Positions 1-9,740 of a stretch of 64,000 bases of DNA are shown piece after piece; position 1 is the first letter of the stretch; the number at the start of each line of letters is the position of its first letter. Both the position numbers and the translations under genes were made by a program. The notes under the pieces are model-generated. The model searched no databases. It was not told the DNA's origin and was given only the letters and a program-made list of their open reading frames with translations. The stretch comes from Acidobacteriota bacterium (lineage in GTDB: Bacteria; Acidobacteriota; UBA6911; RPQK01; JAJDTT01), in contig OZ253580.1 of the NCBI GenBank assembly GCA_965263035.1, positions 4,288,001 through 4,352,000 of the forward strand, written 5' to 3'.

Positions 1-20
1 TGACTGCCGGGACCTGGCCC

Positions 21-2123
21 GTGGTTGCCGTGCCGGCGGCTCGGGAACAGCGCCCCGGGTTGTCCAAGGAGTTCCTGCTCGGTGTCGAGTACTACCGGGC
101 TCCCATGCCTCCACAGGAATTCTGGGACCAGGACTTCGCAGACATCCGGCGTGCCGGTCTGCGCATCGTTCGGACCTTCTCCTACTGGAACTGGATGGAG
201 CCTCAGCCCGGAAAATACGAGCTGGACGACTTCGACCGGTTATTCGAGCTGGCCCACAAGCACGACCTCCTGGTCTGGTTCGACATGACGCTGGCCACCC
301 ATGGCGCGGCGCCCGAGTGGATGAGGCGCCGTCATCCCGATATGCGTGTGGTCTCGAGCGAGGGACAGGTCGCGGTTCCCCGGGCCGGCAACGCCGCTCC
401 CCAGGGCCGGCAGTGGCACTGCTACAATCACCCCAAGTGGAGGGAGTACGGAGGCGCCATTCTCAGAGCGGTGGTGGACCGCTACAAGGACGCGCCGAAC
501 CTGATCATGTGGAGTGTCTGGGACGGGGTGGCGACGGCGGCCGCGCACTACGGGTTTCCCAAGGGCTGTTATTGCGAGCACTCCATATCGGCCTACCGGG
601 ATTGGCTGAAACGGCGTTTCAGCCTGGATCAGCTGAACCGGAAACTGCACCGCCGCTATCGGGATTGGGCCGACGTGGAGCCGGCCCGGTCCGATTCGGC
701 CATCGTGGAAATGATGTTGTGGCAGGAGTTCCAGAACGAAGACCTCCGGGATCAGGTCCGGTGGCAGGTGGAGGTGGTCCGGAGCCTGGACGACCGTCAC
801 GAGGTCCGCGGTCACGGGGCGCATTTCCCCCGAATCTGGGACGAACTGAGTGCCCGGGAGTTCGATTCCTGGGGATTCTCCTCCCGCAGCAACGACTTTC
901 TCAGTGGTGACGATCCCTACCACTTTGCCGAAACCTGTTTCGCCACCGACTGGTCGCGCAGCATCGGAACGGGCGGCCGCTGGTGGTACGAGGAGATCTA
1001 TGCCGGGATGAATCCGGGGGGCATGCACCACAAACGGCAGACGACCCCCGAGGAGATCAGCGCCAACATGTGGCTGGCGCTGGCGCGGGGAGGCTCCGGC
1101 GCCCTGTTCTGGCAGTACCGTCCCGAGTACCTGAGCTTCGAGGCGCCGGGTCTGAACCTGGTCTCTCTGGGCGGGGTCCGGTTGCCGCGGCTGGCCGCCG
1201 CGGAAAAGACGATCCAACAAATGAAGCGTGTGCGGCCCCACCTTCCGCTCCGGGTTCCCCGAGCCGAGATGGCCGTCGTCTACCACGAGAAGAGCGACGT
1301 GCTGCACCGTTTGGGCAAGGCCGGAACGGACTATCGGGCGAGCCTCAGGGGCACCTACCGGACACTGTGGGAGCACAACATACCGGTGGACGTGGTCAGT
1401 CCCCGCATGGATTGGGACGGCTATAAGCTGGTCTATCTCCCCCGGACGGCCGTCCTCGATGAGGATCTGGTGGAGAAGGTCAGACGCACCGTAAGCGGCG
1501 CCGGGGGTCCCCGCCTGGTGGCCGACGGACCGTTCGGAACCAACGCCGAGAACGGCCGCTTCAGTTTCGATCCGCCCGAAGGGTTGTCTGAACTGCTGGG
1601 GGTCAAGACCCTGGATCACAGCCGGATCACGGCGAAGGAGATCCGCGACGAGACCAATCGCTTGCGGCTGGAGGGGGGCGAATTCCCCATCGGCCGGGAG
1701 TGCAACTTCATCGGACTGCAACTTGCGGGTCAGGCCCGCCCGGTGGCTTGGCATGGAGATGAGGTGGTCGGGATGCAGACCTCCGGCCGGCGCTTCACCT
1801 GGATCACCCTGTCGCTCTGGGAAGGTCTCGAGAGTCCCGTTCGAGACGAGGTGCTGGTTCCGCTGGTGCGGTCCCTGGGCGTCGATTCGCCGGTCCGCAC
1901 GGAGGGAGACCGGATCATCGTGCAACTGGCCCAGGCCAGAGAGGAGGGCGTGCTGATGTTCCTCTTCAACCTGGAGCCTCGGGCCGCCGAAACCGGCCTG
2001 TCACCCAAATGGAGCTTTTCGAGGGCCCAGGATCTGATCGATGAACACACTGTGCCGGTGCAGGACGGACGTTTCAGGGTTCAGGTGCCGCCCGGCGAAG
2101 TGAAGGTGTTGCACCTCAGCTAG
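21..2123 (+). CDS. Beta-galactosidase-like glycoside hydrolase (GH42-like)
   Basis: 700 aa ORF; N-terminal GVEYY..W..D...IRRAG....R...W..MEPQPGKY.LD..DRL pattern, CYNHP and CYC zinc-site motifs, trimerisation-like C-terminal half. Start is close to the window edge. Confidence 0.8.
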   Translation: MVAVPAAREQRPGLSKEFLLGVEYYRAPMPPQEFWDQDFADIRRAGLRIVRTFSYWNWMEPQPGKYELDDFDRLFELAHKHDLLVWFDMTLATHGAAPEWMRRRHPDMRVVSSEGQVAVPRAGNAAPQGRQWHCYNHPKWREYGGAILRAVVDRYKDAPNLIMWSVWDGVATAAAHYGFPKGCYCEHSISAYRDWLKRRFSLDQLNRKLHRRYRDWADVEPARSDSAIVEMMLWQEFQNEDLRDQVRWQVEVVRSLDDRHEVRGHGAHFPRIWDELSAREFDSWGFSSRSNDFLSGDDPYHFAETCFATDWSRSIGTGGRWWYEEIYAGMNPGGMHHKRQTTPEEISANMWLALARGGSGALFWQYRPEYLSFEAPGLNLVSLGGVRLPRLAAAEKTIQQMKRVRPHLPLRVPRAEMAVVYHEKSDVLHRLGKAGTDYRASLRGTYRTLWEHNIPVDVVSPRMDWDGYKLVYLPRTAVLDEDLVEKVRRTVSGAGGPRLVADGPFGTNAENGRFSFDPPEGLSELLGVKTLDHSRITAKEIRDETNRLRLEGGEFPIGRECNFIGLQLAGQARPVAWHGDEVVGMQTSGRRFTWITLSLWEGLESPVRDEVLVPLVRSLGVDSPVRTEGDRIIVQLAQAREEGVLMFLFNLEPRAAETGLSPKWSFSRAQDLIDEHTVPVQDGRFRVQVPPGEVKVLHLS

Positions 2124-2156
2124 CTCGAATTTCGCAATGAATTCGAGAGGAAATCG

Positions 2157-3830
2157 ATGCCCCGCGGCCGCGGCCTGTCCTCTTCAACGAACCTGAATCG
2201 CCGCGAGTTCATCGGCGCTGGGGCAGTGGGGACAGCCGCCGCGGCGTCGCCCGCCGCCTGCCGGACGGAGCGTCCCCCCGGCCCTGAGGCGGCGGCTTCG
2301 GCCGTTCCTCCCTTCGAGTTGGACGAGGTCTCCATCCTGGAATTTCAGCGAAGGATGGACTCGGGGCAGGAGACGGCTCGCACCATTGCCGAGAAATACC
2401 TGCGCCGCATCGAGGAGATCGACGGCCAGGGGCCGGCGCTCCGTGCCGTCATCGAAATCAATCCCGAAGCGATCGCCATCGCCGATTCCCTGGATCGGGA
2501 GCGGCGGGAGGCGGGAGTTCGAGGACCGCTGCACGGCATTCCCATCCTGATCAAGGACAACATCGGCACGGCCGACAGGATGACGACCACCGCCGGTTCG
2601 CTGGCGCTCGAGGGGTCCATTCCGGCTCGGGATTCCTTCGTGGCGCGGAAGCTGCGGCAAGCGGGAGCCGTCCTGCTGGGGAAGACCAACCTCAGCGAGT
2701 GGGCCAACTTCCGTTCCACCCGTTCCACCAGCGGCTGGAGTGGACGCGGCGGCCTCACCCGGAATCCTTACGCCCTGGACCGCAACCCCTGTGGATCCAG
2801 CTCCGGCTCCGGGGTGGCCGCGTCGGCCAGCCTCTGTTCCGCCGCCATCGGAACCGAGACCGACGGCTCCATCGTCTGTCCGTCGACGGCCAACGGAATC
2901 GTGGGCATCAAGCCGACCGTGGGACTGGTCAGCCGAACCGGAATCATTCCCATTTCCCACAGTCAGGATACGGCCGGACCCATGGCTCGAACCGTGGCCG
3001 ACGCCGTGGCGGTTCTGGGGGCTCTGACCGGAGTCGATCCCGATGATTCCCACACGGCGGCGAGCCGGGGACGGTCGTACACCGACTACAGCCGATTTCT
3101 GGACCCGTCCGGGCTCCGTGGAGCCCGAATCGGTCTGGTCCGCCGGCTTCTGGGATTTCATCCGGCCGTGGACGGCATCGTCGAAGAGGCGGTTCGGGCC
3201 ATGCGGAACCTGGGAGCGGAGGTCGTAGATCCCGTGGACATCCCGACCTGGGGGGAATGGAGCGAGTCTGAGCGGGAGGTCCTGCACTACGAGTTCAAGG
3301 CCGGGCTGAACGCCTACCTGGCCCAGTTGGGAGGATCGTCACGGGTGAAGTCGCTGAAAGATCTCATCCGGTTCAACGAAGAGAATGCGGATCGCGAGAT
3401 GCCCTACTTCGGCCAGGAACACTTCATTCAGGCCCAGGCGAAGGGACCGTTGAGCGACCGGAGATACCGGGATGCCTTGGCCCGGAATCATCGCCTGAGC
3501 CGAACCGAGGGAATCGACCGGGTGATGGACGAGCACCGGTTGGACGCCCTGCTGGCGCCCACCGGCGGTCCCGCCTGGGTCACCGACCTGGTGAACGGCG
3601 ATTCCTACGGAGGCGGCAGCTCGGGCGGCGCAGCGGTGGCCGGCTACCCCAACGTCGCCGTTCCAGCGGGCTTCGTCCACGGCCTTCCGGTGGGGATCTC
3701 CTTCTTCGGGCGTGCCTGGAGCGAAGGGAAACTCATCCGGCTGGCGTACGCCTTCGAGCAGGCCACCCACGTGCGCCGGCCCCCCCGATTTCGTCCGGCT
3801 GCGGTGGCGATCCAGTGCGCGAAAGGGTAG
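2157..3830 (+). CDS. Amidase signature family protein with Tat signal
   Basis: NRREFIG twin-arginine motif; GPLHGIPILIKDNI, GSSSGSG and GTETDGSI amidase-signature motifs. Confidence 0.92.
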   Translation: MPRGRGLSSSTNLNRREFIGAGAVGTAAAASPAACRTERPPGPEAAASAVPPFELDEVSILEFQRRMDSGQETARTIAEKYLRRIEEIDGQGPALRAVIEINPEAIAIADSLDRERREAGVRGPLHGIPILIKDNIGTADRMTTTAGSLALEGSIPARDSFVARKLRQAGAVLLGKTNLSEWANFRSTRSTSGWSGRGGLTRNPYALDRNPCGSSSGSGVAASASLCSAAIGTETDGSIVCPSTANGIVGIKPTVGLVSRTGIIPISHSQDTAGPMARTVADAVAVLGALTGVDPDDSHTAASRGRSYTDYSRFLDPSGLRGARIGLVRRLLGFHPAVDGIVEEAVRAMRNLGAEVVDPVDIPTWGEWSESEREVLHYEFKAGLNAYLAQLGGSSRVKSLKDLIRFNEENADREMPYFGQEHFIQAQAKGPLSDRRYRDALARNHRLSRTEGIDRVMDEHRLDALLAPTGGPAWVTDLVNGDSYGGGSSGGAAVAGYPNVAVPAGFVHGLPVGISFFGRAWSEGKLIRLAYAFEQATHVRRPPRFRPAAVAIQCAKG

Positions 3831-3878
3831 GGTAAAATCGCTGACTCAAGACACCGACATGCACGGGCGGAGACAACC

Positions 3879-4103
3879 ATGACCGACAAGCTCATCGACA
3901 GGAACCCGGACATCCTGGGCGGGACTCCCGTGTTCTCGGGTACGAGGGTTCCGGTGCGGATACTGATGGAGCATCTCGAAGCGGGCGACCGACTCGACGA
4001 GTTTCTGGATGACTACCCCACGGTATCGAGGAAGCAGGCCGTCGAACTGCTCGAACGTGCAACGACGATACTGGTGAGTTATGCCAATGAAGGTGCTGCT
4101 TGA
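3879..4103 (+). CDS. DUF433 family antitoxin
   Basis: NPDILGGTPVFSGTRVPV...DEFLDDYP is typical of DUF433; GGAG RBS upstream. Confidence 0.9.
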   Translation: MTDKLIDRNPDILGGTPVFSGTRVPVRILMEHLEAGDRLDEFLDDYPTVSRKQAVELLERATTILVSYANEGAA

Positions 4104-4413
4104 CGAATCCACCCCACGGCGGCTTGCCTTGTCGTTTCCCGGTTCGATTGAAACACGCACGGTGCAGCAGATGGGTTGGGCGGGTTGCGCGAACGGGGAG
4201 TTGCTGCGCCTCGCGGCGGAGCATGGATTCGATGCCCTCGTCACGGTCGATAAGGGTTTCGCGTATCAGCAGAACGTCAACGAACTTCCGATCCCGGTCG
4301 TCATCATGATTGCCGGTCGCACTCGATTGCAGGAATTGCAACCCCTTGTCGCGGAGGTGATCGCTGTTCTCTCAAGCGGTCTCGGGCGCCAAATCTACCA
4401 TGTTGCAGTCTGA
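4087..4413 (+). CDS. DUF5615/PIN-like toxin partner of DUF433
   Basis: MKVLLDE...TVQQMGW.G..NGELL..A....FDALVTVDK; overlaps the DUF433 gene. Confidence 0.85.
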   Translation: MKVLLDESTPRRLALSFPGSIETRTVQQMGWAGCANGELLRLAAEHGFDALVTVDKGFAYQQNVNELPIPVVIMIAGRTRLQELQPLVAEVIAVLSSGLGRQIYHVAV

Positions 4414-4522
4414 GTGTATGGGTTAGCAGTCCGTGGCCCTCGCTCTTTGCCCGCCGGAATGTCAGGGAGGGTCACCAGAAGGAACCAAGAAGGGGACAGT
4501 GTATGTCTCGGGCATCATCTTG

Positions 4523-4669
4523 CCGGCGGGCTTCGTCCACAGTCTTCCGGTGGGGGTCTCCTTCTTCGGGCGTGCCTAGAGCGAAGGGAATCTCATCCGA
4601 CTGGCGTACGCTTTCGAGCAGGCTATCCACGTGTGCCGGCCGCCGCAATTCCGTCCGGCTGCCGTTTAA
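4523..4669 (+). pseudogene. Degenerate duplicate of the amidase 3' end
   Basis: 4523-4662 aligns without gaps to 3663-3802 (15 mismatches in 140 nt, counted by hand); has a TGG>TAG nonsense change and ends FRPAAV-TAA. Confidence 0.9.
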
Positions 4670-4682
4670 CACGCCCTTCGCG

Positions 4683-4811
4683 TGGGGGCGGGGGTTTGCA
4701 ACCCCGTGCGGGCGGGGGTTTGTAACCCTCGATTCCGGAGCGGCGATGAAGAGGGGGACTACAAGTCCCCCCTCCCAGGCGATAAAGAGGGGGACTAAGA
4801 GTTCCCCCTCC
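4683..4811. repeat. REP-like palindrome cluster (two forward, two reverse units)
   Basis: GGGCGGGGGTTTG(C/T)AACCC twice, then GAGGGGGACTACAAGTCCCCCCTCC and GAGGGGGACTAAGAGTTCCCCCTCC, in a convergent intergenic gap. Confidence 0.7.
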
Positions 4812-4812
4812 G

Positions 4813-6276
4813 TCAATTCGAGGGGCGGGGTCGTCTGACGGTGCCGTCGCGGGTGATGGGAATCGACTGGGCCGCGGGCGTGGCGCCGGGCTCGTGGACG
4901 ATCCAATCGCCGACGCTCGCTCCTATTGGCCGCGGACCGGTCGGCCTCCTGGCTCCTTTGCCCGGCCGGTACCGGATCGACGACAGGTGCGGCGTCCGCA
5001 CCCTCTTCCCGCCCCGGCTTCGAGAGATCATGGCCGCCTCCAGTATGCCGGTGGTCAGGAGAGTTCGTTCCACGGGGTTGGGGGCGCGGCCCGAGACGAA
5101 GAAGTCTTCGATGTTGAGGCCGAGATAGCCGAATGCCGCGTGGGCAGGGCCACCGGCGATGTGGTATTCGAGGGCCTCGGTGGACGCTCCGCGTTGCTGG
5201 GCGTAAGCGAACTTTTGGACGTAGCCGTCTCCCAACATCAGGACCGCGGCCTCCAGGCCGTCCACGTATTCCACCAGGAAGAGATGGGGATCGACCACCT
5301 GCTTCGGGTCCAGCTGGCCCGGTCCGTCCTCGATCCGGCTCAGTGCCGCGTTGGCCAGGGGGAGTGACCATCGGCCCTGTTCGCCGGCGCGCCACACTTC
5401 TTCTCCCGACAGACATTGCACGGAGCGAACTCCGGTCTCCCCGCCGCGCCGCCGTTCGACGTTGGACTGCAGCACCTCGAGGGCGTGGAAGCCGTACCGC
5501 TCCACCATGTGAAAGCCGATGACGATCGCTCGGTCCACGGGCTGATCCAGGGGATGTTCCCAGTTGGGGTTCCGCCAGACGACAGGGAGAGCCGAACCGG
5601 CCCAGAGCGGGATGTTCTTCGCCCTGGCGGTCTCGTACATCCAGGCCGCATCGTCCCAGCGATAGGAGAAGTGCTTGTCGTTGTAAACCGGGATGGGCCG
5701 TCGCGCCTCGCCGATGACACCGGCAATCTGTTCGAAGAAATAGCGGCGCGGCAACATCTCCTGCCCCAACTCCGACCGCGGGTAGTCCCCGTGCTCCCCG
5801 ATCAGCAGCACGGCATCCACCGCCAACTTGTCCCCGCCCAGCGTCAGCGCCGCCCGGATGCTCTCGTACAGCGGGATGTCGAACTCGCGGGCGAGCTGGC
5901 GGCCCACGTCCCGCTCGTGAATCTGGTCGATGTACAACGAGGCGATCACGGACCGGGGTGGAATCAGGCCCTCGTCGGTGGGAAACCCGCGCAGGAATTT
6001 GTCGACGATGACCCCCGCATGGCTGTTGGGGAAGAAGGTGGTCACGATGGCGGCGATCCGGATCGGTTTCGAGCCGTTGCCGCCGTCCGCAGGAATGCTG
6101 GCCGGGTCGCTTCGTTTCGGCGAGAGGCTGGTTTCCTCTGCCGTAGAATCGGACTCTGACATCTCACTTCGATCCGAACTCGAGCAGGCGCCGGCGGATG
6201 CCGCCAGGATGGCTGCCAACAAAACGCCTGAAAAGGAACTTCCGGCGAACGCAGTCTTGCAGTGCGTCCCGGTCAA
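4813..6276 (-). CDS. Conserved hypothetical lipoprotein, distantly oxidoreductase-like
   Basis: Lipobox-like AGAC, Ser-rich linker, VDAVLLIGEHGDYP, YNDKH and YGFHALE motifs; start codon uncertain. Confidence 0.65.
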   Translation of the reverse strand: MTGTHCKTAFAGSSFSGVLLAAILAASAGACSSSDRSEMSESDSTAEETSLSPKRSDPASIPADGGNGSKPIRIAAIVTTFFPNSHAGVIVDKFLRGFPTDEGLIPPRSVIASLYIDQIHERDVGRQLAREFDIPLYESIRAALTLGGDKLAVDAVLLIGEHGDYPRSELGQEMLPRRYFFEQIAGVIGEARRPIPVYNDKHFSYRWDDAAWMYETARAKNIPLWAGSALPVVWRNPNWEHPLDQPVDRAIVIGFHMVERYGFHALEVLQSNVERRRGGETGVRSVQCLSGEEVWRAGEQGRWSLPLANAALSRIEDGPGQLDPKQVVDPHLFLVEYVDGLEAAVLMLGDGYVQKFAYAQQRGASTEALEYHIAGGPAHAAFGYLGLNIEDFFVSGRAPNPVERTLLTTGILEAAMISRSRGGKRVRTPHLSSIRYRPGKGARRPTGPRPIGASVGDWIVHEPGATPAAQSIPITRDGTVRRPRPSN

Positions 6277-6311
6277 TAACTTTCCCCTTCGAGTCGACCG
6301 GACTCTTCGGT

Positions 6312-7787
6312 TTACCGGAACCTCAGCGAGAAAAGATCGGCGTCCTTCATCACGAAGCGCAGCCGCACCGGTTTGTCGCCGATCCGCCGCAGGGGCTCGT
6401 CAGTGGTGGCCTTGGAATGAGACCGCTCCCAGCGGACGGCGTGCTCGATCTCATCGCCCCAGATCAACGGGGATTCCTCCAAGGCAAAGCCCGGGAGCGG
6501 ATTGCCTTCGGCATCCTGAATCTCCAAGTGGATACTTCCGGCGGCCGAGGTGGCGAAGTTGAGGACCAGATTGTTTCCCTGGAACTGCAGTGGCTTGGTC
6601 AGCAGCTCACCGCCCCCGTAGCCGGCCTGAGCCGACGCGAAGCCGTCGGTACGGAGGACCATCCGCTCCAAGTGGGCACTGGGAGAAGTGTAGTGGCGGG
6701 ACACGTAGATCGATATCTCATCGTCGGCCGTGGGAAGCACTCCCGCCGCGATCATGGTGGTGCGGTGGACCCAACTCCTGGGGTTTCGCCCCGGCCGCAC
6801 GAAGGCCTCCATGAAGCGCCGGTCCCAGTGCACGCCGTCCCGGCTGGTCATGAAGACTCCCTCCGAGACGCCCGAGCCGGGAGCGTCCTCGTGATAGGTC
6901 CTCCACTGAACGTAACGTTTGGGAAAGGCCAGGTAGATTTGAGGCGCCCGGAAGTAGGGCCGGGTGGCGTTGGTGTAGAGCTGTTCCCGGGGAGTGTCGC
7001 CATAGTCGGCATACCGGCCCGGGGGCCAGTCGACGAAGTTCTCGGAATGAGAAAACTTGATGGTCCGGACGCCGTCGAGACCGTCCCGGTAGATGGCCGT
7101 GTACCGCTGCCGCACCGAATCCCAGAAGGCCACGTTCAGTGAATCGAAGGCGCCGTCGGTGATGATGGGCTTCTCTTGGATCTGGCTCCAGTGGATGCCG
7201 TCGGGAGAAACGAATCCCAGCAGGACCGGTTTTCCGTCGAGATTGCTCGAGCCCACGGCCTTGTATCGCTGCGAAGCGGGAGCATCGGGGTTCCCGTCCT
7301 TGAAGGGCGAGAAGTTATGGGCGCCGGACCGGTCGCCGCTCCAGATGATGTTGTTGTCCTTGGACCCTTCGAACTCGATCAGCCCCAAGGAGGGACGGGT
7401 CCAGCGGATTCCGTCGCGGCTCTCGGCGTAGCAGGCCACCTGTTCGTGCTGAGGAATGACATTCTCGCCCGGTTTCATCAGCGAGGGCACGGTGTATCCG
7501 CCATGGCTGCTGCCCCGGTAGTACATCCTGAAGAGGTCGCCGTCCTTGAAGACCGTATGGTAGGCGCTCGTCGTCCCTTCCCAGGGCTTGTCGTATTTCA
7601 GAACCGTCCCCGCCGGCTGAGGCGTGTGAAGCTGGAGCCGGACTCCGTCCATGGACTCGATGAGATAGTCGTCCACGAAGAGTTCCAGCCGGGATCCGAG
7701 CTGGAGTGGCGAGGCGGCATCCGCTCCCGCCAGGACCTGCCCGAATGACACCAGAATCAAGACCATCGCGCCCATTGTTTGTTGCAT
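6312..7787 (-). CDS. Secreted beta-propeller glycoside-hydrolase-like protein
   Basis: C-terminal part of the 1028-aa ORF; signal peptide, RLELFVDDYLI, YAESRDGIRW, FDSLN, LRTDGF and DADLFSLRF motifs. Confidence 0.75.
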   Translation of the reverse strand: MQQTMGAMVLILVSFGQVLAGADAASPLQLGSRLELFVDDYLIESMDGVRLQLHTPQPAGTVLKYDKPWEGTTSAYHTVFKDGDLFRMYYRGSSHGGYTVPSLMKPGENVIPQHEQVACYAESRDGIRWTRPSLGLIEFEGSKDNNIIWSGDRSGAHNFSPFKDGNPDAPASQRYKAVGSSNLDGKPVLLGFVSPDGIHWSQIQEKPIITDGAFDSLNVAFWDSVRQRYTAIYRDGLDGVRTIKFSHSENFVDWPPGRYADYGDTPREQLYTNATRPYFRAPQIYLAFPKRYVQWRTYHEDAPGSGVSEGVFMTSRDGVHWDRRFMEAFVRPGRNPRSWVHRTTMIAAGVLPTADDEISIYVSRHYTSPSAHLERMVLRTDGFASAQAGYGGGELLTKPLQFQGNNLVLNFATSAAGSIHLEIQDAEGNPLPGFALEESPLIWGDEIEHAVRWERSHSKATTDEPLRRIGDKPVRLRFVMKDADLFSLRFR

Positions 7788-7871
7788 TACAGGCTTCCCC
7801 CTCACTTTCATCTGCAATTCCCGATTCTCTTGCACAGTTACAATCTTTATCATGACATGGGGAGGGAAGAA

Positions 7872-9719
7872 ATGGCCGCAACTATTCCAAGTCCGAAGAA
7901 AATCGGCACCACTGCAATCTGCATCGCTCTGGGGCTCGTGACCGGGTCGTTGGCCCTGGCGCGGCCCTCGATCGACATCTCCACGCCGATGCCTCCGCCG
8001 GCCTGGGCCCTGGCCCAGTGGACCCTGATCGATTCCAACGCCGAGGCGGCGTTCGTGGCGGCCGCCAAGTACGTCGACGACCGCGGCTGGATGCGCATCA
8101 CCCCCAACTGGGGCGCCATGGACGGCGCCGACGACGTCACGGAGACCTACCGCGACCTGCCCATCCTCTACATGCTGGGGGCGCCGCCCGAGATCCTGGC
8201 GTTGCACAAGAAGATCTGGGAGGGACATCTCGACCAGTACACCGAAGCCCGGGAACCCATGGTGGCGGCGGCCAAGGACGGCATGCTCTACCGGGAGTTC
8301 TGTCCGCAACTCGACTGGGAGCACACGGGCGAGGGGATGGCTCCCTGGTATTGGTACGGCCTCGCCCACCCGCAAGACCCTCAATACCTGATCCGGGCCC
8401 GGCGCTTTGCCGGGTTCTACATGAACGAAGATCCCGGCGCGCCCAACTACGATCCGGAGCAGAAGATCATTCGGAGCCTGTTCAACGGCAGCCGGGGGCC
8501 GTTGCTGACGCCGGCTACGGAGTATGACTGGGGAGGGAACCCGCGACCCCGTCACGACCCGCGGCCGGGGCAACCCCCGCGAACCGAACGCTGGACCCGA
8601 TTGGGGTACACGGTCAAACTGAGCGGCGACCACCCGCAGAACCTGCTGGCGACGAACCTGGCCATGACCGCGTACCTGTTGACCGGGGAGAAGAAGTACC
8701 GGGACTGGATTCTGGAGTACGTCGATGCCTGGGTCGAGAGGACAGCCCGAAACGGAGGCAACCTTCCCAGCAACATCGGCCTGGACGGGTCCATCGGAGG
8801 CGAGTGGGACGGGAAATGGTGGCGCGGAGTCTACGGATGGAACTTCCGTCCCAAGTCCGATGACGGATCGGACAATCCGGGCAACAACTACGTGATGCGG
8901 GGCGCCCGGGTCGGTTTCGGGATCGCGTTCCTCCTCACCGGCGACCGCAAGTACGCGGACACGCTGAGAACGCAGATCGAGAACATGTACGCGGCGCAGA
9001 AGGTCATCGACGGCCGCGTCATGGTTCCGCACAAATACGGCGACGACGGTTGGTACGCTTACATCGACAACAGCGCTCGCCGCGGCGGGAACGTCAATTT
9101 CTGGTCGCTTCCGGAGCTGACCGACATCTACACCTGGACCCTGGAGGAGGCCGACCTGCCCCGAGTCGCGGAAGAGCCCTGGGTCCGCTACCTGCAGGGT
9201 CAGGCGCCGGGCTTTCCCATGGAGGCGATGGCAAGAGATCTGGATGTGATCCGAAGTCAGGTTCAAAAGGTGCGGATGGATTCCCGTACGGCGGATACTC
9301 GACAGTCCGCCGACATGCCGGTGGTCACCTCGGTGGGCAGCCTCCACAACCTCATGCTCGGAGCCAACGACCCGGGCAGCGGCGGCAACGTGGTCCATGC
9401 GCAGCTCCGCTATTTCGACGCCGAGGAGCGGAGGCCGGGGCTGCCCCGCGATGTCGGGGCGCTGGTGGAGCAGATCCGCCCCGGCGGCGTCACTCTCCTA
9501 CTGGTGAATACCAACCCGGTGAAGAGCCGCACGCTGGTGGTACAGACCGGGGGGTACGCGGAACACGATGCGGTGGCGGTCACGGTAGCCGAGAAACGAA
9601 TCGAGGTGGGAGACTCGCAGTTCACCGTCCGCCTGGAGGCCGGCGCCGGCTCGCGCCTCTCGATTCAGATGCGGCGCTATGTGAACCAGCCCACGTTTAC
9701 GTTTCCGTGGCAGCGGTGA
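7872..9719 (+). CDS. Secreted hypothetical protein (Trp/Tyr/Gly-rich)
   Basis: GC3-biased ORF with signal peptide and purine-rich RBS; no family recognised with confidence. Confidence 0.7.
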   Translation: MAATIPSPKKIGTTAICIALGLVTGSLALARPSIDISTPMPPPAWALAQWTLIDSNAEAAFVAAAKYVDDRGWMRITPNWGAMDGADDVTETYRDLPILYMLGAPPEILALHKKIWEGHLDQYTEAREPMVAAAKDGMLYREFCPQLDWEHTGEGMAPWYWYGLAHPQDPQYLIRARRFAGFYMNEDPGAPNYDPEQKIIRSLFNGSRGPLLTPATEYDWGGNPRPRHDPRPGQPPRTERWTRLGYTVKLSGDHPQNLLATNLAMTAYLLTGEKKYRDWILEYVDAWVERTARNGGNLPSNIGLDGSIGGEWDGKWWRGVYGWNFRPKSDDGSDNPGNNYVMRGARVGFGIAFLLTGDRKYADTLRTQIENMYAAQKVIDGRVMVPHKYGDDGWYAYIDNSARRGGNVNFWSLPELTDIYTWTLEEADLPRVAEEPWVRYLQGQAPGFPMEAMARDLDVIRSQVQKVRMDSRTADTRQSADMPVVTSVGSLHNLMLGANDPGSGGNVVHAQLRYFDAEERRPGLPRDVGALVEQIRPGGVTLLLVNTNPVKSRTLVVQTGGYAEHDAVAVTVAEKRIEVGDSQFTVRLEAGAGSRLSIQMRRYVNQPTFTFPWQR

Positions 9720-9740
9720 GGGTCGGAGCGCCCGGCGGAG

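Noticed and set aside
4683-4811. CRISPR array (also considered for the clusters at 35.9 and 45.3 kb)
   Set aside because: Units are few, degenerate, in mixed orientation and lack regular unique spacers; there are no cas genes.
6312-9398. 1028-aa ORF as a single large protein
   Set aside because: The N-terminal ~530 aa are the antisense shadow of the plus-strand gene 7872-9719; the real gene starts near 7787 with a signal peptide.
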